A DNA stretch of 27,728 nt from Amoeboradix gromovi X-113 (taxonomy: Eukaryota > Fungi > Sanchytriomycota): assembly GCA_018985225.1 (NCBI GenBank), contig JADGIF010000044.1, positions 1 to 27,728 on the forward strand, written 5' to 3'. Positions within the stretch are counted from its first letter, which is position 1; each line of letters opens with the position of its first letter. This document shows, one piece after another, positions 1 through 9,208 of the stretch. The position numbers and the translations under genes are program-made. Below the pieces are notes generated by a model, which ran no database searches, was not told where the DNA came from, and saw only the letters and a program-made list of their open reading frames with translations.

Positions 1-219
1 AGAGTACTGTCTAAGAAAATGCACCTTTTGCTTAGATGCTCAAAGACCTCATATATTTGAACGAGATGCAGGGTCTTCTAGTTTTATTTTAAAAAGAGGA
101 ATACAATCAATGAAAGAGTCTTGGTTTGAAAGAAGATCTTTTATTAATGATAGCATTTCCTCCGTATGGTGCACCTTCTTTAAAAACGAGTTAGTGTAGT
201 TTTTATATTTGGTGTCCCA
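1..219 (+). mobile_element. Family A copy 1: 3' end of a Fanzor1/TnpB-like transposon, truncated by the window start
   Basis: Frame 2..199 is open: EYCLRKCTFCLDAQRPHIFERDAGSSSFILKRG...ELV*. This is a CxxC followed by an RD motif in the position of the RuvC-III Asp. It matches the reverse complement of 19290-19505 and 27618-27728, and similarity stops after ...TTTGGTGTCCCA (219). Confidence 0.75.
120..219 (+). ncRNA. Candidate omegaRNA scaffold / terminal hairpin of family A (5' boundary unknown)
   Basis: TGGTGCACC (167-175) can pair with GGTGTCCCA (211-219), and TAAAAAC (181-187) with GTTTTTA (199-205). The core stem is conserved in all three copies and lies between the nuclease C-terminus and the variable flank, as expected for Fanzor/TnpB RNAs. 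Function is inferred only. Confidence 0.45.
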
Positions 220-342
220 ATTGCACAGTTTTCATATGTGACATGCTCTTAGAAACCTGATATTCCAGTCAATACCTGTCCTTTTTAAAGAAGCAGCGAG
301 TTTTAATAAACATCAAAATGCTGAGCAGTTAATTAAAGAGGT

Positions 343-936
343 TTATTCAAAAAAACTGCCGATTTTGCTTAACCAATTTTCATACTCTTTTTGCTCTTTC
401 CAACTTTTTAAATCTCGAATCTTGTCTGTTAATGTAGTATCGATGGTTAGTTCCTTCAACTTCTCATAAACACCGTCCTCCACTTGCTGATCCAAAGTGT
501 CAATCATTGGCCCTTCATAGTTATCATCACGAAGTTGCTGGGACTTCTGAAAATCCTTATTAGGATACCAGCTAAGGTTTTCAACTGTCAGCTCTTCACT
601 ATCTAATAGTAAGTCTAATGACACTACGCCATCCTTTCCTCTCTTTGTGATATCTACAACCATGTCGATTTCATCAATTTCTGCTTCTGCATCCTCGTTG
701 CAATCAATGAACATCTCAACATTGTATTCGTCAACTTGCTTTGATAGCACAATTTCTGCTTTTCCAATCTCGTGACCAATTTTCCAACCCTGTTCCTTTA
801 AAAATTCAGCTGTGTGAGGATATACCTGATGAATGGTGTTATTGTTAACTTCGTAGTCCAGTTCTTTCTTTAATATACTTGATAAATTGTGTTTAGGAGC
901 TGTGCTAAAAAATTTACGACCTACAACTCTAATCAT
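343..936 (-). CDS. MAM33: Mitochondrial acidic matrix glycoprotein (Mam33/p32/C1QBP family)
   Basis: Start revised to ATG 936 (MIRVVGRKFFSTAPK, presequence-like), because the longer track ORF overlaps RAD14. Acidic body with C-terminal YEGPMIDTLD...KEQKEYENWL typical of the family. Confidence 0.88.
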   Translation of the reverse strand: MIRVVGRKFFSTAPKHNLSSILKKELDYEVNNNTIHQVYPHTAEFLKEQGWKIGHEIGKAEIVLSKQVDEYNVEMFIDCNEDAEAEIDEIDMVVDITKRGKDGVVSLDLLLDSEELTVENLSWYPNKDFQKSQQLRDDNYEGPMIDTLDQQVEDGVYEKLKELTIDTTLTDKIRDLKSWKEQKEYENWLSKIGSFFE

Positions 937-970
937 ATGAGTGTGACAAGCGGAGTGAAGGGTTAAAGAA

Positions 971-1612
971 ATGGGAAAGAAGCAAATGAAAATTATGAAA
1001 GTCGATTCGCAAACTGATACTAAGGCAGGATATATTGCAAGCGAGTATAAAGTTCCTGTCTCCGCTAAAATAGTAAAACCAGATCTGACTTTAAAAGCAC
1101 CATTGGATCCAGCGTTACATCCCAGATGTGACCACTGCAGTACCATGGATATAGACCCTTCATTTTTTAACACTTTTAACATCAAAGTGTGCAAAAACTG
1201 CATGAACGAACATGAAGAAATCTATGCATTGTTAACCAAAACAGAGTGCAAAAAAGATTACTTGTTAACGGAGCCTGAGTTAAAGTCATTGCGCCATCTT
1301 GAAAAAGTCAATCCCCATAGATCGCATTGGTTCCCTATGCAATTGTTTGTACGCAAAGAGGTTGAAGAGTTTGCAATCAACAAATGGCAAAGTTTGGACA
1401 AGTTAGATGAAGAATTTTACCGAAGAGAGTCTGCTAAGGTAGCAAGAAAAGAAGAGAAACTTAAAAAGAGGCTCAACAATTTAAGAAATGGCGTTCGTAC
1501 TAATGAATGGAACCGTAAAGCTGAAATTATTCATGAACATGAATTTATTGAGCTAGACAATGGTAAATCTCAATGTGATTGTGGAATGGAATTGGAAATT
1601 GAAGAGATTTAA
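971..1612 (+). CDS. RAD14: Nucleotide excision repair protein Rad14/XPA
   Basis: CxxC..CxxC zinc finger, LLTKTECKKDYLLTEPEL, NPH..W.PMQLF.RKEVEEFA..KW and terminal HEHEF...C.CGMELEIEEI. Confidence 0.95.
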   Translation: MGKKQMKIMKVDSQTDTKAGYIASEYKVPVSAKIVKPDLTLKAPLDPALHPRCDHCSTMDIDPSFFNTFNIKVCKNCMNEHEEIYALLTKTECKKDYLLTEPELKSLRHLEKVNPHRSHWFPMQLFVRKEVEEFAINKWQSLDKLDEEFYRRESAKVARKEEKLKKRLNNLRNGVRTNEWNRKAEIIHEHEFIELDNGKSQCDCGMELEIEEI

Positions 1613-2627
1613 ATCATTTTTTTGAAAATTCTAATAAGGGCCAATTCTGAAAGACTTTATTAGCTCCTAAAAGTTCTTGAAAACTTAGATCTAGCAAATT
1701 AGAATTGCTTCTTGTTTTATTATCGTTTAGACGACACTTCATAATTAATAATTTCCTTCTAAGCCTTGCAACAAGCATGTCTACGCTGGTTTCTTGTTCA
1801 AGATATTACAATGGCCCGTTCTGCTGTGCACGTACCCAATCGTATTTAATAAATTACCTAAACAATATTTATTCACCATAATATTCATGCGATCATATCA
1901 TCACTGGTAAATATAACTAACATGATGGGTAACTGTGCTGGATATACGCAGAGCTTGAATCCATCATACCCTCAAAAAAATCATTTCTTTTTCAGCTAAA
2001 ATGGTAGGTTCTAATACTCGTTAGATTTAACATCCAACGCAATATCATTTTCTAAATTTTTTATTCAGTTAGGTCTTAATAACATTTCCAGCATACTGCG
2101 CCATAAACAATGTTTGTGAACTATCCGTAGCCTGGATACTCCTGTTGCTACCTTAGCTTCAGTGAGTTTGAAGGAGGACTTGGGGTCCTCACAATATCCA
2201 TCACAGACACAAAATAGTATGACGGATCAATCGTTCTAGCAAACACATAAAATGAAAGAGAATATAGATCTTATAAACCGTTTGGGCTTACGGATCGCTA
2301 GCTTCAATAGAACTCCTCATTCCACCAACTCTTTGCGCACTTGACAAATCCACGTTTACACATGTTTTCTGCCAACTCTTAGACAAGGCATTTTCAGAGA
2401 AAGAGACTGAGTTTGAATCTTTTAGACAGCATCAACTTTACTAAATTCCCAAAGAGATGTACAAACTAGTCATGCTGCTCGATTCAGAACTATCTGAAAA
2501 CACTCAGTGTAATAAATTCATTCAATTCTAAGGCATAATCAACGATCTAGCAAAACAAAATTTTCAAGACATCGTATGCTTCAACTTATTTCAGATCATC
2601 AATATCGCAACAGCAAGGAGTTAAAGG

Positions 2628-2981
2628 ATGGTCCTTCTTAAAAAAGAAATTTCCATTAGCCAACCAATGCTAAATTGCTTATGGAATGCCTGCACATTCC
2701 GCACACCTCGTAGTAATATCTTGTACGAGCATTGTCAATCTCATATTGGTGGTGAACAACCTAACCACAATAATCACACTTTCGAGTGCAAGTGGTGGAG
2801 CTGCACATTTAAGTGCCATAGATTGCACGGACTCAAGTCCCATATTAGCATACACGTTCCCTTTCGCCCTTTTAGTTGCTGCATTTGTAAACAATCATTC
2901 AAAAGAAAATTTGATGTTAAGAAGCACATTCGCATGGTCCATTACAAAGGATTAGATACTAAACTACTGGAATCAGATTAA
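2628..2981 (+). CDS. PacC/Rim101-type triple C2H2 zinc-finger protein (fingers only, 117 aa)
   Basis: CLW..C..LYEH..SHIG / CKW..C..SHISIHVPFRPFSC..CKQSFKRKFDVKKH resembles the tandem CWCH2 fingers of PacC. Confidence 0.8.
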   Translation: MVLLKKEISISQPMLNCLWNACTFRTPRSNILYEHCQSHIGGEQPNHNNHTFECKWWSCTFKCHRLHGLKSHISIHVPFRPFSCCICKQSFKRKFDVKKHIRMVHYKGLDTKLLESD

Positions 2982-3222
2982 TAAACTCATTTCGCTACAG
3001 CGTCTTAGTTTAAACAGTATTCAATTTAAGGTTGGGTTTGTAAAAATATCCTTGTAAGATTGAGAAACCTCACTTATACCTAAAAATGAGGTGCTTGAAA
3101 TAGCCACAAAAGGTGATACCAGTGGTATTTAAGGTTTTAGCATGCAATGCTTAGTCTCCATAATTCAGAAAACGTTGAAATTCCCCCGAATTTATAAAAA
3201 CTCAAAAATTGGTTAAATTTAG

Positions 3223-4454
3223 TTACAATTTATTGTTATTGCGAACAACCCAATCTACGCTTTCACAGAAATAATCTAGATTAGCGCTGGTTAAACCACA
3301 CATGCTAATTCGCCCATTGTCAGTCATGTATATGTGAAATTTGTTTTTCAGCAAGTGCACCTGCATCTTTGTTAATCCCGTAAATGAAAACATGCCAATT
3401 TGGGAAGTGATATGCTCCCAGTTACCCGGTGTTTTCAGTTTCACTAATCGTTCTTTGACACCGGTTCTCATCTCCGTAATTCTACCAGACATAGCCATCA
3501 ATTCCCCTTGCCATTCTTCAAATAGACTAGAATCACTCAAAACTATAGACACGATTCTAGCTCCAAATGCAGGGCTGTTAGAATTCATTGTCCTGATTAT
3601 TTTACTAAACTGGGATGTAACTTTATTTGCTGTGTCTTCATCTTTACAAGCAGCTATTAAACATCCGATTCTTTCAGAATATAATCCAAAGTTCTTACTA
3701 AACGAGGATGCAATAAAGCATTCAAGTTTTAGTTCATTTGCAAAGAATCTCATCGCCCAAGCGTCCCTATTTAGGTCTCCAGATGCGAATCCCTGATAAG
3801 CGTTATCAAAGAGGACAAGATGCTTTCTTTTTATTATAGCATTGCCAATTTCTTTCCATTGCTTTTCAGTTAAGTCAACTCCGGTTCTAAGTAAATAAAT
3901 AACTACGGATTATGGGCACATGCATGCAGAACAAAGACAGAACCACTAGGAGCATCTAAGATATCTTGCTTATAAGAATCAAACGCTAATCCTCTTGTAT
4001 TTGAGTCGTAATACCTATATTCCTCCACTTTAAGATTTGCAGCTTCAAAAATTTGGCGATGATTTGCCCAAGTAGGATTACTAATGTAAACTATAGCGGA
4101 CGGAAAATGTTTTTTTATGAACTCAGCACTAACGCGCAACGCACCCGTGCCTGAGATGCATTGAACTACTGCAAACCTCTCATTTTCTTGTGTTCCAACT
4201 GCCAATTGAAGTGCGTGTTTACGGAATAGAGGAAGCCCCGGAATTGGTAAATACTCATGATCTTCGTTACTATCCATTATTCTTTTTTCTGCTTTTCGCA
4301 CTACATTTAGCACGTATGGTTTTCCAGAGTCCGTTCTGTACGCACCAACACCAACATTAATCTTTCGGTCAAATTGGTCTTGCTTGTAGGAATCTGTTAA
4401 ATTAAAAATAGCATCAGGTGGTAGTAAATCTACACTTGAGAAATGAATACTCAT
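3223..4454 (-). CDS. AAT2: Aspartate aminotransferase, cytosolic type (exons 4454-3907 and 3886-3223)
   Basis: PPDAIF, GVGAYR, LHACAHNP|TGVD (restored by splicing), FDNAYQGFASG, PLP lysine SFSKNFGLYSERIG, QIGMFSFTGL. No presequence. Confidence 0.95.
3887..3906 (-). other. 20-nt spliceosomal intron GTAGTTATTTATTTACTTAG
   Basis: Removal restores the conserved HNPTGVD motif and joins the two track ORFs in frame. Confidence 0.93.
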
Positions 4455-4877
4455 CTTAAAAACAAGGAGGTCATGCTCTATGAAAAGTAAACGGGGTTAG
4501 AAATGGATATCAAGAAGACAAAGGAGCAAACATTAGTAGTCCTGGAGCCCATTATAGTGGTATATGAACCAGATTATATAATAGTACTATATGACTTGTT
4601 TAACAATTTAGTCTACTTTTTGTACGATGCGTCGGCAGTGACGATGCTTTTTATATTTAATCGTTTATCTTGGGTATCCAAAACTCTAAAATTAAGATTG
4701 TGTTATAGATATGATCGCACACAAAGTGTTGTATTGATATCTAGTTAGTTATTCCATGTAAATTAAATTCTAAACCATAGCATGCAGCATTTTTAGGACC
4801 TTATACTGCAAGACTCTTATAGCTAATTAATAGTAATGTCATACTGGTATTAATTATTTTGTTTTCACTATGGTTGG

Positions 4878-5537
4878 ATGAAACAATGGTATAAAAATCC
4901 ATTCAAATTTAGTAAACCGTCATTATTCAGAAGTTTGCTAAGTAGTATGATTGAGAAACCAATGCAAGAAATTGGACTAAGATACACACTAGGCTCTTAT
5001 TTTCCTAATGAGTTTATTCAAGGAGCATCAAGAGTAATTCCATTAGTCTTAAATCCAGAATTTGACGGCGAAATATTCACAGAGCATATGAAAGACATAG
5101 TCCCAATAAAAATGAATATTTTAGATTATCACAATGTTTGTGTACACAATTTTAGATTTAACATTGGCTCCCCAGAGTCCTTTGACAGTGACAAATATGG
5201 GATCGCAGTTAATCCGGCTGATTTCAGTATTATGACTTTTGAAAAGATAAACGGATTTCCTAATTTTCAAGAAAGAATGGCTAAAAGCGATGGTGTTGAT
5301 ATTCAACTGATTGTAGATGTTAAATGCAACGCTACACTATCCGGTAAGAAGGACGAAGTAGATGTGTATTTAAAAGGGTCTGAGCTCATAGTATCATTTG
5401 CATCACCAACTTATAGATCAAATCAACTGAAAAAAGACATGGATATTCCAAACTGGAAGATTTGCGATTTTCAATATTTCAACCTGAACAGAATTATAAG
5501 TAAGCACAGGGGTACTGAAGATTCAGACAGCTATTAA
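4878..5537 (+). CDS. Hypothetical protein, possibly Tim44-like/MAIP1-like mitochondrial protein
   Basis: 219-aa ORF with AATAAA overlapping the stop. FPNEFIQGA and WKICDF motifs are reminiscent of Tim44-like domains, but the assignment is weak. Confidence 0.6.
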   Translation: MKQWYKNPFKFSKPSLFRSLLSSMIEKPMQEIGLRYTLGSYFPNEFIQGASRVIPLVLNPEFDGEIFTEHMKDIVPIKMNILDYHNVCVHNFRFNIGSPESFDSDKYGIAVNPADFSIMTFEKINGFPNFQERMAKSDGVDIQLIVDVKCNATLSGKKDEVDVYLKGSELIVSFASPTYRSNQLKKDMDIPNWKICDFQYFNLNRIISKHRGTEDSDSY

Positions 5538-6287
5538 TAAAAGATGAGTAACTTGCACGATCAACATACTTGCTACCATAGGCAACTCATTTCTTGTTCG
5601 GGGAGAGCATAACTGAGAGCATGTGATGTTTATGACACCTCTTGTAGATTGTGTGATGATATGAGAATACAAATACTCTTCAGTTACATTTTCTTTTAAC
5701 ATTACGGGATTTCCATTTAGTCAGCTGAAATACTGTCTGAAATTCGGCAAAGGTCGCTATCGGCCCCTCTTGCTATTTTACTGTCGGTAACATTACGATG
5801 ATGTAATGATCCTCTTCAGTACACAACCCTCAGCGTCTCATAAACTTCGTACAATCCCTAGTCAGTTTTTCTGTAATATTCGTCGAGAAGGAATGCCATT
5901 GCAAAGTACTTGCAGCAAATTTCGACAAACAAGTACTTATTCTTCTCTCTTCTCATCATAAGCTAGGCATGTACTTGTATTCCTGGGATCATTCAAAGAA
6001 CAAGGCTTATCATATGACGTAACTTTGTTGTAAGACCACCAAAAAGTGGAATACAGATGTGGTGCGCTGTAATAGTGACAGAGCTCTTACGATCTCGAAA
6101 ACAAAGCAAGAAATAAAATCTCGAGTGTCATCATGCAAAGATTCCTTGACTCTTCGAAGAGTAGCAACCAAACGGAGCATTATGACAGCATGGATATTAT
6201 GCGACAGATAAACTAATATTTGCTGATCTAGCGCAGCTATGCTTAAAGTAGAATACAGTAGCCATGGTATTTACCTTTTCACACAGG

Positions 6288-6415
6288 CCTTCTCGTTAAA
6301 GTACTGATTTCTGAGAAAATCGAGAATTCCCACAGAAAAACTAGCAATGCTAGATGCTCCGTTACAGTGATTACTCACGCCTTCACTACCCTGAGGCGCG
6401 ATCGAATAAGGATGC
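6288..6415 (-). ncRNA. Candidate omegaRNA scaffold of family B copy 1
   Basis: About 125 nt conserved with copy 2 up to the terminal GG. Stems TCGCGCCT/AGGCGTGA, TAGTGA/TCACTG, CTAGC/GCTAG and TTCTCG/CGAGAA. Function is inferred from position. Confidence 0.55.
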
Positions 6416-6711
6416 AGATACTTGTATATGTTCCTTGCTGCCATATGATCTCTACCTGTCTCCAAATGACACTTTGTACAGGTACAAGTTTCTAAATTAG
6501 TTTTTTAGAGTACCACACCTTGTACATGTCTGACTAGTAAATGCTTCATTACATTCAACCATCGTCTTTCCTCTTTGTTTACACTTGAACTTCAAGCGTT
6601 CCTTGAATGTGTAATAGGACATTGTAGCCATATCTCTTGCGACTTTCTCGACATGCTAATTATCATTTGACTAGTATTAAAAGATGGTATGTATATAAGA
6701 TCTTATGTCTT
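6410..6711 (-). pseudogene. Fanzor2/IS607-TnpB C-terminal fragment (RuvC-II, zinc ribbon, RuvC-III), frameshifted
   Basis: Reconstructed across two frameshifts and one stop: *DLIYIPSFNTSQMIISMSR/KVARDMATMSYYTFKERLKFKCKQRGKTMVECNEAFTSQTCTRCGTLK/NLETCTCTKCHLETGRDHMAARNIY. Confidence 0.88.
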
Positions 6712-6785
6712 TGTATGCTGTACCTATTAGTTATTTCTTTAGATTTGACATATTCGGGATTACATCCATTAATTCCATTTACCAT
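6712..6785 (-). pseudogene. N-terminal stub of a putative IS607-type serine recombinase TnpA (MerR-like HTH)
   Basis: MVNGINGCNPEYVKSKEITNRYSI. Copy 2 continues HSS/RLISWSKYGNL, resembling the Y...KE.....V...TL..W...GKI HTH of IS607 TnpA. It lies directly after the left end. Confidence 0.5.
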
Positions 6786-7138
6786 TTGCGAAAGGAAGAA
6801 TATCGAGTGTTTAAGCTACTAGAAAAGTCATGAAATTACATAAAAACGCATACAAATTCGCGATAAATGATCTATTCAAGAAAACAATCGAGCTGTAAGA
6901 AAATTTGAGGACAGCTTCCGTTGATCACACCGCTCATTTTATCATTGTGACTAGGGAGTTTAACGCTTGAAATCTACCGTCTCCTATAGCTAACAACATC
7001 CTTTGAGCATGTGATGGGAATTTAAGTTTTTACTATTGCACTCACAAAAGTCATAAAGGCTTAATCTGGAATTGCTCTGAGCTGTTCAAGACAAAAAGCT
7101 TTAAAAAAAAGAGCACATTGAAGCCAGATAAGTAACAA

Positions 7139-7858
7139 TCATGATAATTTACTAAACAATTGCTTCGATCTTTTGCAAGTATTTAGTCTGGCTTCTGAGT
7201 AGACTGTGGATGTCATATTCGCACATATTTCTCTCATTTTATCATAAACTGAATCCATAGTGCATGGTATATCCATCAAGTTGAGTACTTGAACTAGCTT
7301 TGATTTTATTTGCATCAGCTCTTCCTTCTTAGTTTCTCTTTCTAAATTCCGCTGTTCCATATCAGTGCAGTTATATCTAAGGTTTCGGATCTCTTCTACA
7401 AGTTCCTTCTTTTCAAGCTCCAATTTCTGCAGTTGTTGCTTTAATTCCCTCTTGCTCTTTATTTTCTCATCTTTCAGAGTAGTCAGGTATCTTTTAACTT
7501 TCTCCACTCTACTCTTTGATAATTTTAAGCATTGAGCATCAAATTTCTTTGTTTTCTTGTTTATAGGAGCTACTGCAGTTAGCAGATCGTGGAATTCCTT
7601 CATGAATGGCTTGCAATCTAAGAACATGAACCTGTTTGAAGGTGTATTATCTCTGTCTCTCAACTGTCTTTCTAGCCGCTCTTTTTCCTTTCTCTTCTTT
7701 TCAAAATTATCTCTAAACAACTCGGCTTTGAACTTTTGAGCCTCGTATTGTTTTTTTAATTCCTTAAAGTCGCAATTATCTTGAATTGGATCATCTCTGT
7801 TTGAGCGGAAAGGATTTTCCGTTTTATGAGTATTTGCCTCTTTATGGAATGGGCTCAT
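7139..7858 (-). CDS. Hypothetical coiled-coil protein
   Basis: 239-aa K/E/L-rich ORF with heptad character; no family recognised. Confidence 0.7.
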   Translation of the reverse strand: MSPFHKEANTHKTENPFRSNRDDPIQDNCDFKELKKQYEAQKFKAELFRDNFEKKRKEKERLERQLRDRDNTPSNRFMFLDCKPFMKEFHDLLTAVAPINKKTKKFDAQCLKLSKSRVEKVKRYLTTLKDEKIKSKRELKQQLQKLELEKKELVEEIRNLRYNCTDMEQRNLERETKKEELMQIKSKLVQVLNLMDIPCTMDSVYDKMREICANMTSTVYSEARLNTCKRSKQLFSKLS

Positions 7859-8002
7859 TATTAAGTATTCGTGGTTTTCTCCTTTTTTGTTTTCTTAGTA
7901 CCTGATAATAAGTTCTCATTGATACAATAAAATGAAAGAAAGCAGATGCAATGAAGCTATTTATTTAGCTTGCTGTAGCTAAATTGACAAAATAATTTGA
8001 CT

Positions 8003-9148
8003 TCATTTGCTTATTTTATCCAAATACGCTTGTATGACATTCTCTTTCAGCATCAAAACTATGTCATACTCTACCAACGCAAAAATGTCCTTAAGCTCAT
8101 CCAAATTTGTAGAGGCACATGCCCTCAACCTAAGGTCGTAATTAATATTTATCTGATAGAGTGAACAACAATCTATATACATATTAACTAACTCGGAAAA
8201 TTCAGAAAATGTGGCATTTTGGTTTATCTTGTAGTACGCTTCAAGAAAGTAAAAGTTTTCCATAACGAAATATCTTGCGCAGATTCCAGAAAATATCGTC
8301 TTCTTTACATCATTCATCATTATACATTTTAAATTAATCGAGTTTTTCAGCGTATAGTCATTATGTTGTAGCGAGCTTCTCAGTCTGGTTGCTTGTCGAT
8401 GTTTGAGCTCAGAATAAAGTGGAAAACTAAATGTTAACGCATGAATTGCTATAAACGTGGCTAACATGACCTTTTTAGCCAATTTGCTGTAGTAAATGGT
8501 ACCTAAAACAGAAAAGCACCCAGAAATTAAAAGTCCAGCTAGCGCCAAGAGTATCACACCGTAAAACTCAGTCTTGATATAGTATACATCATTGACCTTT
8601 CTTAGGCAGAATGTAATAAAGCAAATTATAAGGACATAAAAGCATTTACAAGCAAAATACCACAAACCAGAAGCAGTACAAGAATAATCTAGCTCTGAAA
8701 TCACGTATCCTTCAAGTGCACCAATGAAGAATCCCAAAAGTGGATATATCCAAGCTCTGAACCAAGAGTTGCTACTCTTCTTCATAGCACTTAGAATTTT
8801 GTATCCCAGAATAGCTATATCAATTCTTTCGTTGTTATTAAATGCAAATTTCTTCCATAGGGAAAATGCCCTCATAAAGTATATTAACAAAAAAGGATTC
8901 AATGTAACGAGAGTTAAAATAGCTCCATACTTGCAGCTGTTAGACAGATAATTATATGAATCTTCAATAAAAATAATATCATATTGAATTATTACTGCGA
9001 TGAAATTTACAAAAAATAATGGAACTAAAGGCTTTGAGTCTCTCATCTTATTGCACTCGCTGTTTCTGTATATTATGCTAATTGCAACTGGCACTATCAT
9101 GAATATGGATATCAAGGCTGTTTCCCAGTCAAATATAATGTTTAGCAT
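8003..9148 (-). CDS. 7TM-RGS protein (GPCR-like membrane domain plus C-terminal RGS domain; GprK/AtRGS1-like architecture)
   Basis: About seven hydrophobic segments with LRKVNDVYYIKTEF and FPLY, followed by RGS motifs F...CARYFVMENFYFL, YI...SLYQININ and IF..VE.DIV.MLKEN. Confidence 0.85.
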   Translation of the reverse strand: MLNIIFDWETALISIFMIVPVAISIIYRNSECNKMRDSKPLVPLFFVNFIAVIIQYDIIFIEDSYNYLSNSCKYGAILTLVTLNPFLLIYFMRAFSLWKKFAFNNNERIDIAILGYKILSAMKKSSNSWFRAWIYPLLGFFIGALEGYVISELDYSCTASGLWYFACKCFYVLIICFITFCLRKVNDVYYIKTEFYGVILLALAGLLISGCFSVLGTIYYSKLAKKVMLATFIAIHALTFSFPLYSELKHRQATRLRSSLQHNDYTLKNSINLKCIMMNDVKKTIFSGICARYFVMENFYFLEAYYKINQNATFSEFSELVNMYIDCCSLYQININYDLRLRACASTNLDELKDIFALVEYDIVLMLKENVIQAYLDKISK

Positions 9149-9208
9149 TCAGCGGCCTAAATGATTGTGAAAGTAAATTAAAATCTCAATAACATATTTA
9201 TTATAAAA

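Larger units (their letters stand above)
6288..6895 (-). mobile_element. Family B copy 1: internally deleted IS607/Fanzor2-like element
   Basis: Aligns at both ends with 18682-19280. Left end CAGCTCGATTG... with roughly 10-bp periodic TTT-rich direct repeats, then a tnpA HTH stub, a Fanzor2 3' fragment, and a right end finishing ...GAGAAGG. Confidence 0.85.

Noticed and set aside
937-1203. N-terminal extension of the 286-aa track ORF
   Set aside because: It is antisense to RAD14; MAM33 plausibly starts at ATG 936 with a presequence-like N-terminus.
4503-4748. 81-aa hydrophobic ORF divergent from AAT2
   Set aside because: No family recognised. A nearby 23-nt GT-AG candidate does not give a clean open frame. 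It may be real, but I cannot support it.
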